A stretch of DNA of 64,000 bases from an uncultured delta proteobacterium (GTDB lineage: Bacteria; Myxococcota; Myxococcia; SLRQ01), in assembly GCA_963727485.1 (NCBI GenBank), contig CAVSGM010000001.1, positions 608,001 to 672,000 of the forward strand, given 5' to 3'. Numbering within the stretch: the stretch's first letter is position 1; every line of letters starts with the position of its first letter. Positions 38,103-47,732 of this stretch are shown here, one piece after another. The notes under the pieces were generated by a model. The model was given only the letters and a program-made list of their open reading frames with translations. It did not search any database and was not told the DNA's origin. The position numbers and the translations under genes were made by a program.

Positions 38103-40710
38103 ATGGGTCCCGAGGTGGGGTGGGCCAGCGCGGCCCTGGACCGGCTGCGCGAGGGGTGTCGGATCCTCGACGCCGAGGACCGCTACCGGTACGCCAACGA
38201 CGCCGCCCTGCGGCAGCTACGGACCACCCGCGAGGGCCTCCTTGGGCGCGCGCTCCTCGAGGTGTTCCCGGAGGCCAGGCACTCGGAGGTGGTGGCCGCG
38301 GTCCACCGGTGCCGCGACCAGGGCGCCGTCCAGGACCTGGAGGCGACCCACGTCTTCCCCGGCGGCGACCGCGCCACCTTCGACCTGCGCCTCGAGCCCT
38401 TTGACGACGGGGTGCTCATCCTCTCCCGGGAGATCACCGCCCAGCGTCACGCCGAGGCGGCCCTGGCCCGGACCAGCCGGGCGCTGGTCACCCTGAGCGA
38501 GTGCAACCAGGCGCTGGTGCGCGCCACCGACCGGGGCGCCTTCCTCCAGGCGGTGTGCGCCGTCGCCGTGGAGCGGGGGGGCTACCGGATGGCCTGGGTG
38601 GGGATGAAGGCGCCGGGCCCCGAGCGGTCGGTGGCGCCGGTGGCCCATGCCGGCATCGACGACGGCTATCTGGCGCAGCTCCGGGTCACCTGGGACGCCC
38701 GCCCGCGGGGGCAGGGGCCGACGGGGCGGGCGGTGCGCGACGGGGAGGTGGTCAGCGCCCGGTTCATCGCCACCGACGCCACCTTCGACCCCTGGCGGGA
38801 GGCGGCCCTGGCCCGGGGCTTCGCCTCGTCCCTCGCCCTGCCCATCCGCCAGGCGGGCGAGGTGGTGGGCGCCCTGACCCTCTACGCCGGTGAGCCCGAC
38901 GCCTTCGACCACGACGAGCGGGCCCTGCTCGCCGAGCTCGCCGAGGACCTCGGCTACGGCCTCGAGGTGCTGACGACCCGCGCGGCCCGGGCGCGCGCCG
39001 AGGCCCACGTGGCCCACCTCAACGCCGTGCTCCGAGGCATCCGCGAGGTCAACCGGCTCATCGGCCAGGAGACCGAACGGTCGCGCCTGCTCCAGCAATC
39101 CTGCGAGGTCCTGGTGGCCTCCGGGGCCTTCACCGGCGCTGCGGTGCTCCTGGCCGACGACCTCGGACCCCCGAGCCTGGTGGCCGCCGCGGGCTTCGGT
39201 CCCAAGGCCCGGGCCCTCGAAGCGCTCACCGCCGGCGGCGTGCTCCCCGACTGCGCCCGGGAAGCGCTCACCGGACGGGCGCCGGTGGTCCGCCACGGCC
39301 CCCGGGACGCGTGCCAGGGGTGCCCGGTGGCGGCGTCCCACGACGACGAGGACAGCGTGGCGGTGCGCCTCGCCCACGGGGACCGGATCTTCGGGGTCCT
39401 CCTCGCCGACGCGCGCCGGGACACCGCCGGCGAGGCCGACGAGCTCGCCCTCCTCGAGGAGGTGGCCGGCGACCTCGCGCGGGCCCTGGAGGCCTTCTCG
39501 CTCCGGGAGGCCCTCGACGACGAGGCGGCAAGGACCCGGGCGGTGGAGGCGCGCCTGCGCCAGACCCAGCGCCTGGAGGCGGTGGGCCGCCTGGCCGGGG
39601 GCGTGGCCCACGACTTCAACAACCTCCTCACGGTGATCAACAACTACGCGGCCCTCGCCCTCGACGGTCTCGGCGAGACCGATCCCGTCCGCGAGGACCT
39701 GACCGAGGTGCGCCGGGCCGGATCCCGGGCCGCCGAGCTCACCCGCCAGCTCCTCGCCTTCAGCCGGCGGCAGGTGTTGGAGGTGTCGGTCCTCGACCTC
39801 GGCGAGGTGCTCTCGGAGGTGGAGAAGATGCTCCGCCGGGTCCTCGGCGAGGACGTGGAGCTGCGGCTCGAACGCGATCCCGACCTGGGCCGGGTGAGGG
39901 CCGACCGGGGGCAGCTCGAGCAGGTGGTGATGAACCTGGTGGTCAACGCCCGGGACGCCATGCCCGACGGGGGTCGCCTGGTCCTCGAGACCCGGAATGT
40001 CGAGCTCGAGGCCGACGACCTGGCGCAGCACCCTCAAGGTCGCCCCCGGGCCCTTCGTGATGCTCGCGGTCACCGACACCGGCAGCGGCATGGACGAGGC
40101 GACCCGGGCCCACGCCTTCGAGCCCTTCTACACCACCAAGGCCAAGGGCAAGGGGACCGGCCTCGGCCTCTCCACCGTCTTCGGCATCGTGACCCAGAGC
40201 GGTGGGGCCCTGTCCCTGGACAGCGCCCCGGGGCGGGGCACCTGCCTGCGGATCTACCTGCCCCGGGTCGACGGCGTGGGGACCCCCGCCCGCCCCGAGC
40301 CGCAGGCCGAGGCGCCGGGGGCAGGGGAGACGGTGCTGGTGGTCGAGGACGAGGCGGCGGTGCGGCGCCTCGTGGTCCGCATCCTCACCGACGCCGGCTA
40401 CCGGGTGCGCGCCGCCGAAAGCGGCGCCGAGGCCCTCGAGACCTGGGCGGCGGACCCCGGGGCCTACGACCTGGTGCTCACCGACGTGGTGATGCCGGGG
40501 ATGAACGGTCGCGAGCTGGTCGACCAGCTCCGGGCGAAGGCGCCGACCCTCCGCGTCCTCTACATGTCCGGCTACCCCGAGGACGCCATCGGGCACCACG
40601 GCGTCCTGGATCCAGGGACCTGGTTCCTGGGCAAGCCCTTCTCGGGGGTGGCGCTCACCCGGAAGGTGCGCGAGGTGCTCGCCGCCGCCGTGCCCGCGCC
40701 CGGCTCCTAG
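38103..40710 (+). CDS. Hybrid sensor histidine kinase PAS-GAF-GAF-HisKA-HATPase-REC (frameshift near 40035)
   Basis: GRLAGGVAHDFNNLL, NLVVNARDAM, DTGSGM, FEPFYTTK..GKGTGLGL, VLVVEDE...TDVVMPGMNG...KPF. Confidence 0.92.
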
Positions 40711-42566
40711 AGCGCCTGGGCCCGGGTGCGGATGGCCTCGGTCACCTTCTCCACGAAGGTATCGAGCGGCATCGTCTCCTGGTCGCGCCGGCCGTGGCGC
40801 CGGAGGGTCACCGTCTTGTCCTCGACCTCGCGCTCACCGAGCACCAGGACGTTGGGGATCTTGAGGGTGGCGGCGGTGCGCACCTTCTTGGAGACGGTCT
40901 CCGAGGAGTGGTCGAGCTCGGCGCGGACGAACTGCGCCCGCAGGGCGTCGACCACCTTCTGGCCGTAGTCGTCGAAGCGGTCGGAGACGGTGAGCACCCG
41001 CACCTGCACCGGCGCCAGCCAGGTGGGGAAGGCGCCGCCGTAGTGCTCGATGAGAAACGCCACGAACCGCTCGTGGGTCCCGAGCGGCGCCCGGTGGATG
41101 GCGTAGGGGGTGTGCTCGGCGCCGTCGGGGCCCACGTACTTGAGGCCCAGGCGCTCGGGGACCGCGAAGTCGAGCTGGTTGGTGGAGGCGGTCTCCTCGC
41201 GGCCGGTGACGGTGCGGAACTGCACGTCGATCTTGGGGCCGTAGAACGCCGCCTCGCCCTTGACCTCGGTGAAGGGCAGGCCGCTTTGCTCCATGGCCTC
41301 GCGGACCAGCTTCTGGGTCCGCTCCCAGGCGCCGGGGTTGTCGACGTACTTCTGCTTGCCCTTGGGGTCCTCGGGATCCCAGGTGGAGAAGCGCATGTAG
41401 TAGTCGGTGAGCCCGAGGATCTCGTAGACCTCCCGGTGCATGTCCATCACCTTGAGGAACTCCTCGGTGATCTGCTCCTCGGTGCAGTAGATGTGCGCGT
41501 CGTTCATCGCCATCCCCCGCACCCGCAGCAGGCCCGAGAGCGCCCCGCTGTCCTCGAAGCGGTAGACCTGCCCGTACTCGGCGAGGCGCAGGGGCAGCTC
41601 CCGGTAGCTGCGCGGCCTCGCCGCGAAGATCCGGTGGTGGTGGGGGCAGTTCATCGGCTTGAGGGCGTAGGTCTCGACGACCTCCTCGACCTCGCCGGCC
41701 TCGGTCTCCCGGGTCTCCTTGAGCTCCATGAACGGGTACATGTGCTCGGCGTAGTAGGGGAGGTGACCGGTCTGGTAGTAGAGCTCGGTCTTGGCCAGGT
41801 GCGGGGTCGCCACCCGGACGTAGCCCGCCTTGAACTCGAGCTCCTTGGCGAGCTTCTCGATCTCGTCGCGGATGACGGTGCCGTTGGGGAGCCACAGGGG
41901 CAGGCCCTTGCCGATGACGTCGTCGATGACGAAGATCTCGAGCTGCTTGCCGAGCTTCTTGTGGTCCCGGGCGAGCGCCTCCTGGTACGCCTTCACGTGG
42001 GCGTCGAGCTCCTCCTTGGAGGGGAAGGCCCAGGCGTAGATCCGGGTCATCATCGCCTTGCGCGAGTCGCCCCGCCAGTAGGCCCCGGCGATGCTCCGCA
42101 GCTTGAAGGCCGAGGTGGGGATCTTGCGGGTGGCCTCGACGTGGGGGCCCTCGCACATGTCGAGGAACGGACCGCTCCGGTAGAAGGAGAGGGTCTCGAG
42201 GCCCTTCTTCTCGAAGAGCTCCTCGGCGTACTCGCGCTTGTAGGGCTCGCCCATCTCGTCGAGGCGCGCCATGGCGGCGTCGTAGGGCAGCTCCTCGCGC
42301 TCGAACTTCTCGTTCTGCTTGATGATGTGCTTCATCCGCTTCTCGATCGCCGGGAAGTCCTCCTCGGTGATCGGCGAGCTGGGGATGAAGTCGTAGTAGA
42401 AGCCGTCGGCGATGGGCGGCCCGAAGCCGAGCTTGGTGCCGGGCTTGAGGTCGAGGACCGCCTGGGCCATCACGTGGGCCAGGCTGTGGCGCATCCGGTA
42501 GAGGGCGTCGTCCGCGTGGGGGCCCTGGCCGTCGTGCTGCGCCTGCTCGTTTGCGTCCTGCTGCAT
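40707..42566 (-). CDS. thrS: Threonine--tRNA ligase (form without the N-terminal TGS domain)
   Basis: RHSLAHVMAQA, DMCEGPH, GAYWRGD, RDHKKLG, KPMNCPHH, GEAAFYGPKID, IHRAPLG. Confidence 0.97.
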   Translation of the reverse strand: MQQDANEQAQHDGQGPHADDALYRMRHSLAHVMAQAVLDLKPGTKLGFGPPIADGFYYDFIPSSPITEEDFPAIEKRMKHIIKQNEKFEREELPYDAAMARLDEMGEPYKREYAEELFEKKGLETLSFYRSGPFLDMCEGPHVEATRKIPTSAFKLRSIAGAYWRGDSRKAMMTRIYAWAFPSKEELDAHVKAYQEALARDHKKLGKQLEIFVIDDVIGKGLPLWLPNGTVIRDEIEKLAKELEFKAGYVRVATPHLAKTELYYQTGHLPYYAEHMYPFMELKETRETEAGEVEEVVETYALKPMNCPHHHRIFAARPRSYRELPLRLAEYGQVYRFEDSGALSGLLRVRGMAMNDAHIYCTEEQITEEFLKVMDMHREVYEILGLTDYYMRFSTWDPEDPKGKQKYVDNPGAWERTQKLVREAMEQSGLPFTEVKGEAAFYGPKIDVQFRTVTGREETASTNQLDFAVPERLGLKYVGPDGAEHTPYAIHRAPLGTHERFVAFLIEHYGGAFPTWLAPVQVRVLTVSDRFDDYGQKVVDALRAQFVRAELDHSSETVSKKVRTAATLKIPNVLVLGEREVEDKTVTLRRHGRRDQETMPLDTFVEKVTEAIRTRAQAL

Positions 42567-42824
42567 CGCTGCTGTCCTTGGGTGCCGTGCGGGGGCATGG
42601 CCCGCCCCGCGGGAGGCCCGACCCACACACCCGTGGGCCGGCGGCCTTCTCGCTTATGCGAAAAGCCCTGGCGCTTCAACCGCCGGGGCAGGCGGGGATT
42701 CCGGGCGGGCTCGGTGCCGGCCCGGAGAATGCACAGCTCTCGCCACTGAAGGCTCGGTGCGCGGGGGAGGCGCAGAGTCTGCGTATCCGCCCCTGCCTGA
42801 CGCAAAAAACGCACCGGAGACCCG

Positions 42825-44318
42825 ATGCCGACGCCGACCGACCTCCGCCGCGCCGACCCCCGCTTCCCCGCCTTCTTCCGCCACCGGGCCCTGGCCGGCG
42901 GCCACCTCATCACCGGCCTCGCCGGCCGGTGGGCCGTCCTCGACGACGCCGAGTGGCAGGCCTTCGTCGAGGGCCGGGTGGACCCGGCCTCGGAGACCTG
43001 GGAGACCCTGCGGCGCGGGGGCTTCATCCGGGCCGAGGTCGACGTCGACGACCTCGCGGCGCGGCTGCGCCGGAAGAAGGCGTTCCTCGGCAGCGGCCCG
43101 AACCTCCACATCGTGGTCACCACCCTGCGGTGCAACGAGACCTGCGCCTACTGCCACGCCAGCCGCGCCGACCTCGGGACCGAGGGGGTGGACCTCACCG
43201 CCGAGATCGCCGAGCAGGTGGTCGACCGGATCCTGGAGACCACCTCCCCGGACGTGACCATCGAGTTCCAGGGGGGCGAGCCCCTGGTCAACTGGCCGGT
43301 GGTGCGCCACCTGGTCGACTACGCCCTGGAGAAGAACCGGGTGGCGGGCAAGTCGCTGGAGTTCACCCTGGTCTCCAACCTCGCCGCCATGGACGAGGAG
43401 AAGCTCGCCTTCCTCCTCGAGCACAAGGTGCAGGTGTGCACCTCGGTGGACGGGCCGGCGCCGCTCCACAACAAGCAGCGGGTCCTGGCCGGGGGCGACG
43501 CCCACGCCACCGCCCTCCGGTGGATCAAGCGCCTCAACGAGGCCTACCGGGACGAGGGCCTCGATCACGAGGTCTACCACGTGGAGGCCCTGCCCACGGT
43601 CACCCGGGCGGCGCTGGCCGATCCCGAGGGCCTCATCGACACCTACCTCGACCTCGGGTGCAAGGCGATCTACCTCCGGCGCCTCGATCCCTTCGGCTTC
43701 GCGGCGAAGACCCGGGCGAAGCTTGGCTACTCGGTCGACGAGTTCCTCGAGTTCTATCGCCGCGCCCTCGACCACATCATCGAGCTCAACCTGAAGGGCA
43801 CCCGGATCCTGGAGCGCACGGCGGCGATCTTCCTCACCAAGATCCTCACCCCCGACGACCCCAACTTCCTCGACATCCGCTCGCCCTGTGGCGCCGGCAT
43901 CGGCCAGCTCGCCTACAACTACGACGGCTCGGTGTTCACCTGCGACGAGGGGCGGATGCTGCACGAGATGGGCGACGACATGTTCGTCCTCGGCCACGTG
44001 GGCACCGACCGCTACCGCGACTTCGTGGGCCACGACACGGTCAAGAGCATGATCCTGGCCTCGGACCTCGACGCCTCCCCGGACTGTGCCGACTGCGCCT
44101 ACAACCCCTACTGCGGGATCTGCCCGGTCTACAACTACGCCACCCAGGGCAGCCTCCACGGCCAGATGCGGCGCAGCGACTGGTGCGCCGGGCACATGGG
44201 GATCCAGGACCATCTCTTCGGCAAGCTCGCCGAGGGCGACCCGGCGGTCCGCGAGGTGTTCCGGCGCTGGGTCGAGGTGCGCCCCCGGGACCACTACCTG
44301 CACGAGGCGGAGAGCTGA
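42825..44318 (+). CDS. hxsB: His-Xaa-Ser system radical SAM maturase HxsB
   Basis: LHIVVTTLRCNETCAYCHAS, TIEFQGGEPL, RSPCGAGIGQLAYNYDG.VFTCDEGRML and SPASM CADCAYNPYCGICP. Confidence 0.85.
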   Translation: MPTPTDLRRADPRFPAFFRHRALAGGHLITGLAGRWAVLDDAEWQAFVEGRVDPASETWETLRRGGFIRAEVDVDDLAARLRRKKAFLGSGPNLHIVVTTLRCNETCAYCHASRADLGTEGVDLTAEIAEQVVDRILETTSPDVTIEFQGGEPLVNWPVVRHLVDYALEKNRVAGKSLEFTLVSNLAAMDEEKLAFLLEHKVQVCTSVDGPAPLHNKQRVLAGGDAHATALRWIKRLNEAYRDEGLDHEVYHVEALPTVTRAALADPEGLIDTYLDLGCKAIYLRRLDPFGFAAKTRAKLGYSVDEFLEFYRRALDHIIELNLKGTRILERTAAIFLTKILTPDDPNFLDIRSPCGAGIGQLAYNYDGSVFTCDEGRMLHEMGDDMFVLGHVGTDRYRDFVGHDTVKSMILASDLDASPDCADCAYNPYCGICPVYNYATQGSLHGQMRRSDWCAGHMGIQDHLFGKLAEGDPAVREVFRRWVEVRPRDHYLHEAES

Positions 44319-44320
44319 TC

Positions 44321-45229
44321 ATGGATCGCGTGGACCTGAAGATCGGCTTCGCCTGCAACAACCGCTGCGCCTTCTGCGTGCAGGGCGACAAACGGGAGCG
44401 CGAGCCACCCCGGCCCATGGAGCAGATCCGCGCCGACCTCGAGGCCGGCCGGCAGCGCGGGGCCAGCGGCCTGGTGGTCACCGGCGGCGAGCCCACCGTC
44501 CACACCAACGTCCTCGAGGTCATCCGCCTCGCCAGGCAGCTGGGCTACACCTCGATCCAGGTCCAGACCAACGGCCGGCGCTTCCACTACGATCTCTTCG
44601 CCCGGGCGGCGGTGGAGGCCGGCGCCACCGAGTTCTCGCCCTCGCTCCATGGCTCCACCGAGCAGATCCACGACGGGCTCACCCTCTCGCCGGGGAGCTT
44701 CCAGCAGACGGTCAAGGGCATCCGGAACCTGGTGAAGATGGACCAGGTGGTCATCACCAACTCGGTGATCACCAGCACCAACTACACCGATCTCCCGGCC
44801 TTGGCCGAGCTGCTGGTGGACCTGGGGGTCAGCCAGTTCCAGCTGGCCTTCGTCCACATCCTCGGGTCGGCGGAACAGAACGCCAGCTGGCTGGTGCCCC
44901 GCAAGTGGGAGGTCATGCCCTTCGTCTACCGGGCCCTGGACATCGGCGAGGCCGCCGGCGTCCGATGCATGACCGAGGCCATCCCCTACTGCCTGATGGA
45001 GGGGTACGAGGACTTCGTCGCCGAGGACCTCATCCCCGACACCCTCATCTTCGACGCCGACCACACCATCGACGACTACGCCGCCTACCGCCGGGACGAG
45101 GGGAAGGTGAAGGGCCCCGCCTGCGCCGACTGCCGGTTCACGGATCGGTGCGAGGGGCCCTGGCGCGAGTACACCGACCTCTTTGGCTGGGACGAGTTCA
45201 AGCCCATGGGCGCGCTCAAGGAGGCGTGA
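44321..45229 (+). CDS. Radical SAM protein, HxsC-like, with C-terminal CxxC-x4-C
   Basis: CNNRCAFC, TGGEPT, QTNGR, IPYC and CADCRFTDRCEGPWREY; starts 2 nt after the hxsB stop. Confidence 0.85.
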   Translation: MDRVDLKIGFACNNRCAFCVQGDKREREPPRPMEQIRADLEAGRQRGASGLVVTGGEPTVHTNVLEVIRLARQLGYTSIQVQTNGRRFHYDLFARAAVEAGATEFSPSLHGSTEQIHDGLTLSPGSFQQTVKGIRNLVKMDQVVITNSVITSTNYTDLPALAELLVDLGVSQFQLAFVHILGSAEQNASWLVPRKWEVMPFVYRALDIGEAAGVRCMTEAIPYCLMEGYEDFVAEDLIPDTLIFDADHTIDDYAAYRRDEGKVKGPACADCRFTDRCEGPWREYTDLFGWDEFKPMGALKEA

Positions 45230-45244
45230 GGCGCCCGGCCGTCG

Positions 45245-46306
45245 TCAGGCGGCGAGGCGCGGGCGGAGCCACTCGGCGATGGCCGGGTAGAGCTTCCGGG
45301 CGGCGCGGCTGCCCACCACCGCGCCCACGTGGCCGCCGGGCACGGTGATCGACTCGGTGTCCTCGCTCCCCGAGGCCTCGAGGAGGGCGGTGGCCGCGGG
45401 AACCGGGCAGATGACGTCCCGGTCGGCGGTGATGGAGAGGATGGGGCAGGTGACGTCCTTCAGGTCCACCCGCCGGCCCCGGGCGTGGTGGGTGCCAGCG
45501 ACCAGGGCGTTTCGCTGGTAGAGGTCCCCGATGTAGGTGCGGTAGGCCTCGGCGGGGAAGGGGATGTTGTCCCGGGCCCAGGTCTCCAGGGCGAGGAAGC
45601 GCTCGAGGCGCTCGGGATGGCCCACCAGGTCCGGGAGGCCCATCAGCTTGGCCAGGCCCGCGGTGGGGCGCAGGCCGGTGAACCCGCTGTCCATCTGCTG
45701 GGGGCTCACGTTGCCGGCGTCGGCGATGGCCCCGGCGTCGAACCACCGCCGGTCGACCATGCGGCCCAGGCACCCGGCGTGGGTGAAGTCGAAGGGGCCG
45801 GCGAGGTTCACGAAGGCCGCGGCGTCCCCGGGCTCGAGGGCGAGGTGGATGCCGGTGAGGGTGGCGCCCATGCAGTAGCCGAGGAGGCCCAGGCGCGGGG
45901 CGCCGGTGAGGCGCTTGGTGCGCCGCACCATCCGGGCGAGGCGCGCCAGCACCTGGTCCCAGTCGAGGTAGCGGTCCTCGTCCTCGGGGATGCCCCAGTC
46001 GAGGAGGAAGACGTCGTAGCCGGCCCGGGCGAGGTGGCCGGCGAGGGTGCCCCCCGGGCGCAGGTCGAGGACGTACCAGCGGTTGATGAGCGAGGGGACG
46101 AGGAGAAGCGGCAGCCCCGTGGGCGCCGGGGCCCCCTCGGGCCGCCGGAAGCGGTAGAGCCGGGCGGTGCCCTCCCGGTGGAGGGTGTCACGGGGCGTGG
46201 GGGCGAGGTCGGGGCGGGGGAGGGCGTCCGGGCCCAGGGCGAGATCGAGGCCGGCTTCCAGGCCGGCCTCGATCACGCGGCCCGCCCACCGGTACAGGTC
46301 GTACAT
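45245..46306 (-). CDS. phaC: Class III/IV-type PHA synthase PhaC (copy 1)
   Basis: [16 protein letters not shown], lipase-like box GYCMG, D in DRDVICP, H in GGHVG. Confidence 0.85.
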   Translation of the reverse strand: MYDLYRWAGRVIEAGLEAGLDLALGPDALPRPDLAPTPRDTLHREGTARLYRFRRPEGAPAPTGLPLLLVPSLINRWYVLDLRPGGTLAGHLARAGYDVFLLDWGIPEDEDRYLDWDQVLARLARMVRRTKRLTGAPRLGLLGYCMGATLTGIHLALEPGDAAAFVNLAGPFDFTHAGCLGRMVDRRWFDAGAIADAGNVSPQQMDSGFTGLRPTAGLAKLMGLPDLVGHPERLERFLALETWARDNIPFPAEAYRTYIGDLYQRNALVAGTHHARGRRVDLKDVTCPILSITADRDVICPVPAATALLEASGSEDTESITVPGGHVGAVVGSRAARKLYPAIAEWLRPRLAA

Positions 46307-46330
46307 GCGGTGGCTCCGGGGTCGTGGGGA

Positions 46331-46633
46331 CTAGTCGCGGGTGTTGCCGGCGGCGCGGCGGGTGGCCTCGAGGGCCATCTTCCGCCACTCGTCGCCGAGG
46401 CGACCGGCGTACTCCATCGAGGCCTTCATCACCGAGGCGGCCTCGTCCACCAGGGCGCGGCCCTGCTCCAGGCCCTTGGTCTGGAGGGTGCCGAGCTCGG
46501 TGTGGAGGGACTCGAGGCGCTCGACGTAGGCCCCGGTCATCTTGTGCCAGGCGTCGAGGCCGGCGCGGGGATCGAAGGCGAAGGCGTCGAAGGGGCTCTG
46601 CTGCGACTGCGAAGGGGTGGTCTTGGGCATCAT
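46331..46633 (-). CDS. Phasin-like small helical protein
   Basis: 100-aa amphipathic helical protein between phaR and phaC, preceded by a PhaR-type box. Confidence 0.55.
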   Translation of the reverse strand: MMPKTTPSQSQQSPFDAFAFDPRAGLDAWHKMTGAYVERLESLHTELGTLQTKGLEQGRALVDEAASVMKASMEYAGRLGDEWRKMALEATRRAAGNTRD

Positions 46634-46718
46634 CGGCTCCAGTTGGTGCGTCTGGGGGCCGATTTCACGGCCCCGGGGGTTTGCGAACGCGCCAAGAGGT
46701 AAGCGTCCTCGCCGGGGT

Positions 46719-46747
46719 CGTCAAGGGATTTTTTGTGCACCGCACAA
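46719..46747 (-). promoter_or_regulatory. PhaR-type operator TTGTGC-ACC-GCACAA (46733-46747) plus -35 TTGACG
   Basis: Perfect inverted repeat with TGC-N3-GCA core, 11 nt from TTGACG, upstream of the phasin-like gene. Confidence 0.75.
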
Positions 46748-46757
46748 TAATCCGGGC

Positions 46758-47492
46758 TCACCGCCCGGCGCCGCGCCCCTTGTTGGCCGCGCGCTTTCCC
46801 TTGGGGGACGCGGCCCGGGACGCCTTCTTCCGGGCGCGGGGCGGGCGCCCTGGTTCGGGCGCGTCGTCGTCCCCGCCGAGGCGGGCCTTGAGGGCGTCGA
46901 GCTCGGCGCGGAGCTCGGCCATCTGGTCGCGCTGGTCGCGCTGGTCGCGCGACCGTGCCGCCGCCTCCGCCTCGGGGGACGACGCCGGCGGGGGGGCCGC
47001 GGCCGGCGGCGCCGGGTCAGGCGGCGCCCCGTAGACCGGGCCCCCGTACCCCGGCGCCGTGAAGCCCCCCCCGCCGCGCTGCAACAGCATCCGCGCCAGG
47101 GAGCCGGCGAAGTCGAAGGGCATGGTGGCGAAGGGGTTGTAGTTGGAGAGGGTCTGGGCGCCCTGGCGGGCCTGGAGGTAGACGTCGAGGGCCCCGGAGA
47201 CCCAGCGCCCGGTGAACTCCGCCAGGGCCTCGTCGCCGAGCCGGATGAGCCGGGTGAGCAGGGGGACCGGGAGCATCCGCCCGGCGCCCCGGCCCTCGAG
47301 GATGATCTGGGCCAGGGTGGGCTGGGTGAGGTCGGTGCCGGTCTTGGCGTCGACCACCTCGACGTCGGCGCCGGCGCGGATCCGCGCCTCGAGCTCGTCG
47401 AGGGTGACGTAGCGGCTCTCCTCGGTGTCGTAGAGCCGGCGGTTTCCGTACTTCTTGACCAGGACCGGTCGGGCGGCGCGGCGGCGGGCCAT
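46758..47492 (-). CDS. phaR: PHA synthesis regulator PhaR (DNA-binding domain)
   Basis: VKKYGNRRLYDTEESRYVTLDEL...VVDAKTGTDLT...LAQII. Confidence 0.92.
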   Translation of the reverse strand: MARRRAARPVLVKKYGNRRLYDTEESRYVTLDELEARIRAGADVEVVDAKTGTDLTQPTLAQIILEGRGAGRMLPVPLLTRLIRLGDEALAEFTGRWVSGALDVYLQARQGAQTLSNYNPFATMPFDFAGSLARMLLQRGGGGFTAPGYGGPVYGAPPDPAPPAAAPPPASSPEAEAAARSRDQRDQRDQMAELRAELDALKARLGGDDDAPEPGRPPRARKKASRAASPKGKRAANKGRGAGR

Positions 47493-47501
47493 GGGGGCTC
47501 C

Positions 47502-47513
47502 TTGTGCGGTGCG
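47502..47513 (-). promoter_or_regulatory. PhaR-type box overlapping the phaR RBS (autoregulation)
   Basis: Minus strand CGCACCGCACAA, 11/12 identical to the phasin box, running into AAGGAG. Confidence 0.6.
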
Positions 47514-47618
47514 GCAAAATCGTGGGTGCGCCGCGACAGGGACGGCGCCTTGGCCCGGGCATGATGGGGCGCGAACGCCCGAACTGCAAGGGTTTGCGAG
47601 GCCCCGGGGGCGGGGTCG

Positions 47619-47711
47619 TTGTTGCGGCGCAACAAAGAGCCCTTGACACCTGGGTCACGGACGCCTATCAACCGCTACCCGAAGGGTCGCCGTGGATACC
47701 GCGGCGCAGCA
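47619..47711 (+). promoter_or_regulatory. Promoter of the rightward operon flanked by two PhaR-type boxes
   Basis: TTGTTGC-GGC-GCAACAA palindrome (47619-47635), TTGACA (47643) - 17 nt - TATCAA (47666), second box CGCGGCGCAGCA (47700-47711). Confidence 0.7.
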
Positions 47712-47732
47712 AACGGCCCCGAGGAGGTGTCC

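Noticed and set aside
36852..42749. 1965-aa giant ORF
   Set aside because: Chimera of a lipoprotein, the kinase and the antisense of thrS, produced by frameshifts and the scarcity of stops at high GC
42729..42749. Micro-ORF MHSSRH upstream of hxsB as His-Xaa-Ser precursor
   Set aside because: Only one HxS, no leader peptide, and GGAG is too close to the ATG; likely chance
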